The position numbers were made by a program, and so were the translations under genes. The notes beneath the pieces were generated by a model that did not search any database, was not told where the DNA came from, and saw only the letters and a program-made list of their open reading frames with translations. Positions 57,992 through 64,000 of a DNA stretch of 64,000 nt are shown here, one piece after another (the first letter of the stretch is position 1; every line of letters begins with the position of its first letter). Source of the DNA: Thermoplasmata archaeon (GTDB lineage Archaea; Thermoplasmatota; Thermoplasmata; Thermoplasmatales; GCA-001856825); the NCBI GenBank assembly GCA_049965815.1, contig JBMFVV010000002.1, positions 46,004-110,003 of the forward strand, given 5' to 3'.

Positions 57992-59059
57992 CTATACTCT
58001 TATCTGTTCCTTCGACGAACCACTTGCTACCGTTAATTCGTCAATTCTAATTGTTCTATTAGTTATGTTGTAATAATCTCTCACAACATTATCCCTAACC
58101 TTTCCGACACTCAAAGAATCCAAAAAGATAAGTATGGAGCCAGAATACTCGCCAACATTGAACATATAGAACTTTACCTCATATTTGTCGAGAAGCCTTG
58201 CAATTATTTTTTGAAAATCTGATAGAACCCCCAGGTTATAGCCAATGGACCTGGAATATTCCGAGATGCTCGATATGAACGACTCGATATCATTTCCTTC
58301 CAGAGATTCAATCGCACTGTCAAAGATTTTGCGTTCTGACTCAAGATGATTCCTAATTCCCACGTAAGGGAAGACAAGTGCATTAGGGCCCTTGCTTATC
58401 ATATTTCCCTGGTTAAATTTTCTAAAGCTCTTCTGAAAGTTGACAAAATTAGGATTAGAATCTAATGAGTTCTCAGAAATCAGGAACATAGAATATGGCT
58501 CTAAATTTATTATTTCATTGCGGTAGGAGTTTGATTCGAGGTCATAGAAGAGCAAACTTCCTTCCTTTCCCTGTTTTCTTGCAAGTGTTTCATATGAATT
58601 ATGCGTTCCTTTTATCTTATCCTGAATTTCTCCGCTAATTTGCATCAGTTCTGAAGTGCTTAGATTGACTTCATTTACAAGCGAGAAAGATTCAACCACG
58701 AGGTCTATAAATGCAGAATAATAACCCAATGATTGATTAAAACTGAGCAACTCATCTGCTAAGATATACGGAGCATTAGACCATCCCCTCTGAAAAGCTA
58801 TATTTGTCATGAGTTTAAGCGGGTCGAACCAGTCATTTGTCAATTTTGAGACATGAAATGGAATTTCTATTGAATTAATCCCCTTCCATACAACACTAGT
58901 GTTCTTCCTTACAAGGGAGGATATTTGAAGCGATACTGGAAAGGAAATCACTTTCTTGAGGTTGGAAACAGCCGGATACCCGAAAATTGTAATTATGCCC
59001 GGTTCAGAAATCCTGAATCCGCCGGAAAAAGCATTTACTGTTTCTTCGTCAAACATCAT
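57992..59059 (-). CDS. Hypothetical protein (355 aa); possibly a degenerate GHMP-kinase-like fold
   Basis: Clean ORF 67 nt upstream of the PGM/PMM gene on the same strand. The only resemblance is weak: EPGIITIFGYPAV and FNQSLGYYSAFIDLV versus GHMP motifs I and II. Confidence 0.5.
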   Translation of the reverse strand: MMFDEETVNAFSGGFRISEPGIITIFGYPAVSNLKKVISFPVSLQISSLVRKNTSVVWKGINSIEIPFHVSKLTNDWFDPLKLMTNIAFQRGWSNAPYILADELLSFNQSLGYYSAFIDLVVESFSLVNEVNLSTSELMQISGEIQDKIKGTHNSYETLARKQGKEGSLLFYDLESNSYRNEIINLEPYSMFLISENSLDSNPNFVNFQKSFRKFNQGNMISKGPNALVFPYVGIRNHLESERKIFDSAIESLEGNDIESFISSISEYSRSIGYNLGVLSDFQKIIARLLDKYEVKFYMFNVGEYSGSILIFLDSLSVGKVRDNVVRDYYNITNRTIRIDELTVASGSSKEQIRV

Positions 59060-59096
59060 TTGACAAATGTTTTAAACATAAAAGTTTTCTTTGTGC

Positions 59097-59522
59097 ATGA
59101 TAGTATCTGACGGCACAATACTAGATCTTATCCAAAGTGGAGTGATGTCGATAGAACCTTTTGACCAGTCAAAGTTGACCCCAAACGGTTATGATTTCAG
59201 CCTCGGTGATAAAGTTGTTATTGAACCCAACCAAGGTCTACAGGTTGAAACACTTGAATCCGTTTCACTTCCCGGATTCATGGGATCAATGATGTTTCTG
59301 AGATCTTCCTATGCAAGAAAGGGCCTCATAGCCAGCTTCGGTTTTGTAGATGCAGGCTTCAGAGGAAAAATAAGGTTTTATGTTAAAAATATCGGAACAG
59401 AGACAGTCGAAATAGTAAAGGAAAAAGGGATATTTCAAATGATTTTTCTGAACATGGATAAGGAGGCTCTCAAAACTTACGAACTGAGATCAGGTCATTA
59501 TCAGAATCAGGGGCTAAAATAG
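59097..59522 (+). CDS. dCTP deaminase/dUTPase-superfamily protein (short archaeal dUTPase-like form)
   Basis: The ATG at 59097 gives MIVSDGTILDLIQSG.. (family N-terminus MILSD.DI). Further motifs are TPNGYDFSLG, RSSYARKGL, GFVDAGFRGKI and a C-terminal GHYQNQ. The A/T box tttaaacataaaa lies about 25 nt upstream. Confidence 0.8.
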   Translation: MIVSDGTILDLIQSGVMSIEPFDQSKLTPNGYDFSLGDKVVIEPNQGLQVETLESVSLPGFMGSMMFLRSSYARKGLIASFGFVDAGFRGKIRFYVKNIGTETVEIVKEKGIFQMIFLNMDKEALKTYELRSGHYQNQGLK

Positions 59523-59538
59523 GATGGGTTGAACTCAT

Positions 59539-60324
59539 TTGTCGCATCTCAAATTAATAAAGTATCCAGGATCTAAAAATTCTTTAATCCCGACAATCAA
59601 GAAGTCTTTTGTTGATTCGGGGGCAGATACTTTTGTTGACGTCTTTGGAGGATCTGGAGTCGTGTCTCTGAACATGGACGCCAAACAAGTTGTTTATAAT
59701 GACATAAATAAGGACCTTTACAACTTATTCAAAATGATCAAGTTTCACCCAGAACTGATTCTAGAAGTCTTGAAAAAGTGGACTGCGACTAAAGACAAGT
59801 TCGTTGAGTATAATGAGATTTTTAATTCAAGGGGGAACAGAAACATGACTGATCTGGAAAGGGCCTTTAGAACTTTTTACGGCTTTAGCATCGGTTTTGG
59901 TGGGATGGGGTCTACTTACAGGACACAAAACGAAAAATCTACCTATTCACAGACATTGAAAGTAATATCAAATTATCAGACAATAAGTTCAAAGGTATCT
60001 AGCTGGATAATTGAAAATATGGATTTCAGGCAGATATTTACAAAATTTGATGACGTAAACGCATTTTTCTATTGCGACCCTCCCTATTCAGGGAAAAATT
60101 GGTATGAACATCCATTTGGGTCATACGATTTTAAGGAATTGAAATTGAATATTCAGAACTTAAAGGGCAAGTACCTCTTGAGTTTTAATGAATCAGATCC
60201 TCTGGTTATTGAAATTTTTGGGACTCCAAACTTTTCAGTTGAATTCGAAAACAAAAACAGGAAGAATATTCCCAGTGGACCAGCACCTCTTCGCAGATTT
60301 CTCATTTATACGAATGTTATTTGA
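59539..60324 (+). CDS. D12-class (Dam-like) N6-adenine DNA methyltransferase
   Basis: 261 aa. The TTG start preserves the family N-terminus KYPGSK. Motif I is FVDVFGGSGVV and motif IV is FYCDPPYSG. It starts 16 nt after the dUTPase-like gene. Confidence 0.85.
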   Translation: MSHLKLIKYPGSKNSLIPTIKKSFVDSGADTFVDVFGGSGVVSLNMDAKQVVYNDINKDLYNLFKMIKFHPELILEVLKKWTATKDKFVEYNEIFNSRGNRNMTDLERAFRTFYGFSIGFGGMGSTYRTQNEKSTYSQTLKVISNYQTISSKVSSWIIENMDFRQIFTKFDDVNAFFYCDPPYSGKNWYEHPFGSYDFKELKLNIQNLKGKYLLSFNESDPLVIEIFGTPNFSVEFENKNRKNIPSGPAPLRRFLIYTNVI

Positions 60325-60412
60325 TAGGCTCGAACTTGTTAGCATTGTTTTTCCTTGATAGAGCCACATCAGCCTCGTAGCAAAATATGGCAACTAAGAT
60401 GTAGCATAGCTT

Positions 60413-60456
60413 CTCCCGATATAGGGAGGTTAGGATGTAGCAGGATTTCTACATCC
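60413..60456. terminator. Two adjacent hairpins between the convergent dam-like and amt genes
   Basis: The first is CTCCC-gatata-GGGAG (60413-60428). The second is GGATGTAG-caggattt-CTACATCC (60433-60456). Both were read directly. Confidence 0.35.
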
Positions 60457-60476
60457 CGGTGTGGTCTCTTGATTTA

Positions 60477-61820
60477 TTACTTAACTCCTTGATTGATTGA
60501 TGTTGCAGGGGCTGAAGAGATTGGTGAGGGGTCCTTCGAAAGTAGATTGACATTTTCAACAGTATAATCGGTTGTTATTCCTTTAGTAAATTTCCCGATC
60601 ACAAACAGTGTGACGTAGCTAAGAACAAAGACAAATGCAAAGACGGCTACTATTGCAAGCAACTCAACACCCAGCTGCCTTAGAGCTAACATTCCACCTC
60701 CGAAGAATATTCCGTTAGGGAGATTTTTAGCACCAGAATAGGAAGCATATCCTTTTTGGGCCAGGAAAGCTATCAAAATGAATCCAGTTGTTCCTAGGAG
60801 TAAATGTGTAGGGAAAAGGCCAATTGGGTCTGAGTACCATTTCCTGGTCAACAGTTTTTCACCCGCAAGGAACAATATCCCACCACCAAACCCGACGATT
60901 ACAGCGACAAGTGGACTAATGTAACCTGAAAGTGGCGACATTAGTATAAGCCCCACCAATAAACCATTTACTGCATATATGTACCCCGGGTCCTTTCTGG
61001 TGAATAGGTATTTGAAGAGCAAAGTGGATACAAGTGCCGAGCTAGCGGCCAAAAACGTGTTCAATCCTGCCACTACTGTCTCCCCATTGAATGCTAGTAC
61101 ACTACCAGCGTCGAATCCGAACCAGCCCACCCAAAGTAATAACATAGATAAAGTCAACCACCCAGAATTTATTGAAATCGGAGTCTGTGGACTAGCCTTG
61201 AAGCCTTTTTTCTTCTCCTCTTGCCATATTTTAACTACAAACGCTAAACCTGCTACACCCGCAGCAGCGTGAACGACCAGACCACCTCCGAAATCTCTCA
61301 CTCCAAGTTGGTATAGCCAACCGGTAGGATTCCAGATCCATGCAGCAGGAAGGGTCCAGATCAGTATAAAGTAGATAGCAGAATAAATTAAGAATGCAGA
61401 GAGTTTAACTTTGCGCAGTGCAATGACACCTACAATGGCAAGAGTCACTGCTGCAAGGGCCGTCTCGAATAGAAAGTATGTTCCGGTTGTTAGACCAGAA
61501 CCAGAGTATTGGTTTGTCATTGACCACCAAGTTCCTGTTATTACATTTATGGCATTTGACGAAAAACTACCAAAGAAGAATCCTGTATAGTCAGGTTTAC
61601 CAATAAAACCGAACAGCGTGGGGCCAAATGCTATGTTAAATCCAATGAATGCCATAAAGAATAAAGAAAACCCAGAGATTAGTATAGTTTTAAGGAGACT
61701 CTTTGAAAAACGCTTACCCAGCTCACCTACCTCCAAAAATCCAATTGCTATTGTCATCAGGAATACTAGGAGAGCTGCAATGATTATCCATAGGTTATTT
61801 ATCAGAATTAGATCGGACAA
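60477..61820 (-). CDS. amt: Ammonium transporter (Amt family)
   Basis: 447 aa and polytopic, with motifs VHAAAGVAGLA and WFGFDAGS. Confidence 0.95.
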   Translation of the reverse strand: MSDLILINNLWIIIAALLVFLMTIAIGFLEVGELGKRFSKSLLKTILISGFSLFFMAFIGFNIAFGPTLFGFIGKPDYTGFFFGSFSSNAINVITGTWWSMTNQYSGSGLTTGTYFLFETALAAVTLAIVGVIALRKVKLSAFLIYSAIYFILIWTLPAAWIWNPTGWLYQLGVRDFGGGLVVHAAAGVAGLAFVVKIWQEEKKKGFKASPQTPISINSGWLTLSMLLLWVGWFGFDAGSVLAFNGETVVAGLNTFLAASSALVSTLLFKYLFTRKDPGYIYAVNGLLVGLILMSPLSGYISPLVAVIVGFGGGILFLAGEKLLTRKWYSDPIGLFPTHLLLGTTGFILIAFLAQKGYASYSGAKNLPNGIFFGGGMLALRQLGVELLAIVAVFAFVFVLSYVTLFVIGKFTKGITTDYTVENVNLLSKDPSPISSAPATSINQGVK

Positions 61821-62206
61821 TACAGATCACCATTACTTCTGAACGAAATTGCCATCAAATTATTAAGACCTGCGAATATTAACTTTAGCAGTCATAAAAT
61901 CGTTTAGCATGTTTAAATTACTCTGAACGGTCATCATTGATATCTTTCCAGATGCGATGTTTCATCGGAGTTTCTCGATTTATTCGTGGTTCTTCAGCTA
62001 GTGCAGAAGTTTACGAACTCGTAGAAATGCCTATCTAATAAATTTGTAATGGTGGAAAGATTAACGCAGGATCCAGATAGTTTATTTTCCAATTATCGGT
62101 ATAGGAGACCTGTTTTAATCACCAAATTGGAACGTTCACCTCCCAAAGACGAAAGGACTTATAACCTGAGTTTAGCATGACACGAAGTATCTTCTTTTTC
62201 TAGAGA

Positions 62207-63962
62207 GCTTCATCTGCAGCAATTCTTGGGATGTTTTTCCTATGAGTGTTAGTAATGTACAATCTGTGCATGATTATATTTATATCCATATTTGATATTA
62301 TGATCTGTGTTCCTACGCGTAACCAGGAAGAAGTATGGCAATAGGATTCATGAATATGCACAGATCGCAGAGCACAAGATTGTCAATCATAGACAGAAAA
62401 CAATAGTATTGAAGCATCTTGGTCCGGTAAGGAATGCAGACGACAAGGAAAGATATCGGAGGATATTCGATCTCGAGAGGGAAAGCGAAGAGGTGAGGAG
62501 GTTCAAGCCCTCCGATCTGAAACTCCTCCCTTCATTGAATTTTGGCATACTCTATGCATCCAGGAAGCTCATGGAAGAACATGGCCTGATGAAGGTGCTG
62601 GCTGAACACACAGGCGAATACACAGACGTAATATTTCTCATGATAGTTTCAAGGCTTGTAGATCCCTCATCTGACCTAAGCCTTATGGAATTCAACAGGA
62701 ACTCTTACTCTGATAATCCTGTTAATACTGAGCAGAGCAGAATATACCGTGCACTGGACAGGTTGATCTCGAAGAAGGATCAGATCGAGATCGGAATATT
62801 CCATGCACTGAAACCTGACATCTCTACGGTACATTACGACCTGACTTCATCATACTTCGAGGGAAGGGAGGACAACGATCTTGTTTTATTTGGTTACTCT
62901 CGTGACAAGAAGAGGGGTAAGGAGCAGATTGTGATAGGCATGGTGATGGCCGACGGGATACCGATACACCATGAGGTATGGCCAGGTAACACGGTGGATC
63001 CGAAGACACTGGAGAGTACAATAGCCACGCTCAAGGATCGATTCCACATCAGGAATTTCATATTCATAGCGGATCGGGCATTTGGCAGTAATACGTCACT
63101 GGAACTGCTGGATCATAATCTGTACATAACTGCCGCATACCGCTGGGACATGCCATACAGGCGCATAATCACGGAGACGGTGTTCGATGACAGCGATCTG
63201 ATAGGCGATCTGTTCATGAAGGAGGTCACATTGGATGCAGCGGATCTCTCCCATGGCGGCATAACCCAGGAGGAGAAGGCATTCATAATGAAGAGAAGGC
63301 ACATCATGGTATACAACAGGAAGAGGGAAGTCCTCGATCTCCGGGATCTTGAGGAAAAGATACGCATTGTTAGAGATAAGATACGTGAAATAAAGGACAC
63401 AGATGATCTGAAAAAGTCCCTGGGTAAGCTCAGATCGCTTGTGAAATTCACCAAACATGGCGTGATGATGAACCAGAAGCGCATATCCATGCTGAAATCA
63501 CTTGCCGGAAGGTTCATGATCATAACTAACACAGATCTCCCCATCAGGGAGGTTGTGAATTCGTATAAGGATCAGTGGAAAATCGAGCGATCATTCAGGA
63601 CGATCAAATCATTCCTTGAGATCAGGCCTGTAAATCACAGGAAGTCTGAGAGGATCAGGGCTCATGTATTCATCTGCGTACTATCCCTTCTCCTCTCCAA
63701 CATGATGGAGAAACAGACAGGTATGACCATAGAACGCACGACAAGGGATCTGTCAGAACTCAAGGTCATACCTGTCAAACTCACAAATGGAATTGTCATG
63801 ATCAGGACAGAATCTGACCGTGCAGAAAAGGTGTTGGTGAAACTGGGAGTGGAATATCCAAAAAATGTTGTAAAGAACATACCTGATATTTGACACACAT
63901 AATCTGAACTGGAAATGGGTATTGTTCACTACATGAAATTCCAATATTTTTGAATATGAAGC
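62207..63962 (+). mobile_element. IS1634/IS4-related insertion sequence (boundaries tentative)
   Basis: A single transposase ORF is flanked by a weak imperfect inverted repeat. The left arm is GCTTCATCTGCAGCAATTCTTGGGA (62207-62231). The reverse complement of 63939-63962 is GCTTCATATTCAAAAATATTGGAA, giving about 18/25 matches with one gap. No clear target duplication is seen. Confidence 0.3.
62307..63893 (+). CDS. IS1634-family (IS4-related DDE) transposase
   Basis: 528 aa with a GTG start. The N-terminus FLRVTRKKYGNRIHEYAQIAEHK..KTIVLKHLG is typical of IS1634 transposases. DDE-region segments are FIADRAF and the YREK-like YKDQWKIERSFRTIKS. Confidence 0.9.
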   Translation: MFLRVTRKKYGNRIHEYAQIAEHKIVNHRQKTIVLKHLGPVRNADDKERYRRIFDLERESEEVRRFKPSDLKLLPSLNFGILYASRKLMEEHGLMKVLAEHTGEYTDVIFLMIVSRLVDPSSDLSLMEFNRNSYSDNPVNTEQSRIYRALDRLISKKDQIEIGIFHALKPDISTVHYDLTSSYFEGREDNDLVLFGYSRDKKRGKEQIVIGMVMADGIPIHHEVWPGNTVDPKTLESTIATLKDRFHIRNFIFIADRAFGSNTSLELLDHNLYITAAYRWDMPYRRIITETVFDDSDLIGDLFMKEVTLDAADLSHGGITQEEKAFIMKRRHIMVYNRKREVLDLRDLEEKIRIVRDKIREIKDTDDLKKSLGKLRSLVKFTKHGVMMNQKRISMLKSLAGRFMIITNTDLPIREVVNSYKDQWKIERSFRTIKSFLEIRPVNHRKSERIRAHVFICVLSLLLSNMMEKQTGMTIERTTRDLSELKVIPVKLTNGIVMIRTESDRAEKVLVKLGVEYPKNVVKNIPDI

Positions 63963-64000
63963 AGAAGAAACCTATGTCCGCAAGCAACAGGGCTATGTAT

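Noticed and set aside
57992-59059. Restriction endonuclease partner of the Dam-like methyltransferase
   Set aside because: The gene is on the opposite strand and is separated from the methylase by the dut-like gene. I could see no PD-(D/E)xK, HNH or GIY-YIG motif. I kept it as an unknown protein instead.
1-64000. tRNA, rRNA, CRISPR arrays and other large repeats
   Set aside because: I found no T-loop-like GGTTCGAATCC-type segment outside coding sequence. No GC-rich structured islands occur in the intergenic gaps, and there is no regularly spaced direct-repeat array. All gaps over 150 bp were inspected by eye. A covariance-model scan would be needed to be certain.

Overview
This 64-kb chromosomal segment reads as a low-GC euryarchaeon, probably Thermoplasmatales-like. 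Supporting markers are ABCE1, RtcB, Csl4, an Sm protein, a fused Kae1-Bud32, a tricorn-interacting-factor-like M1 aminopeptidase and an IS1634-type transposase. The window is gene dense, with about 59 supported CDS on both strands. Many genes have 1-4 nt start/stop overlaps, and several TTG/GTG starts are supported by conserved N-termini. I recognised no rRNA, tRNA or CRISPR array. The blocks are as follows. (i) 1-5.5 kb holds transporters: a Pho84-type MFS carrier fused to a PhoU_div/DUF47-like tail, a ClC-CBS channel and an APC permease. (ii) 5.7-20 kb is a molybdenum/tungsten island: ArsA-like ATPase, moaC, moaB, two moeA paralogs, a Mod/Wtp-type ABC importer, an aldehyde:ferredoxin oxidoreductase, a Cys-type formate dehydrogenase with HydB/HydG-like subunits, and a MobA-like transferase. 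(iii) 20-47 kb is housekeeping: rtcB, prepilin-type peptidase, pyrKD, DNA ligase, two thiolase modules plus hbd, ABCE1, M1 aminopeptidase, sucCD-argF, csl4/Sm/kae1-bud32/HAM1, speE and gdhA. This block also contains a few unknown proteins and a heavily sequon-decorated surface protein. (iv) 47.3-50.2 kb is a tightly coupled four-gene operon built around a PolB2-like family-B polymerase with degraded exonuclease and polymerase motifs. This is my best candidate for an under-described system. (v) 50-57.9 kb is housekeeping: M19 dipeptidase, PUA protein, purA, MFS, UbiB kinase, Hsp20 and PGM/PMM. (vi) 58-64 kb looks accessory: an unknown 355-aa protein, a dUTPase/dCTP-deaminase-fold gene plus an orphan Dam-like methyltransferase, amt without glnK, and an IS1634-family element. 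All homology statements come from by-eye motif recognition on the supplied translations or my own manual translation. No database search was run.
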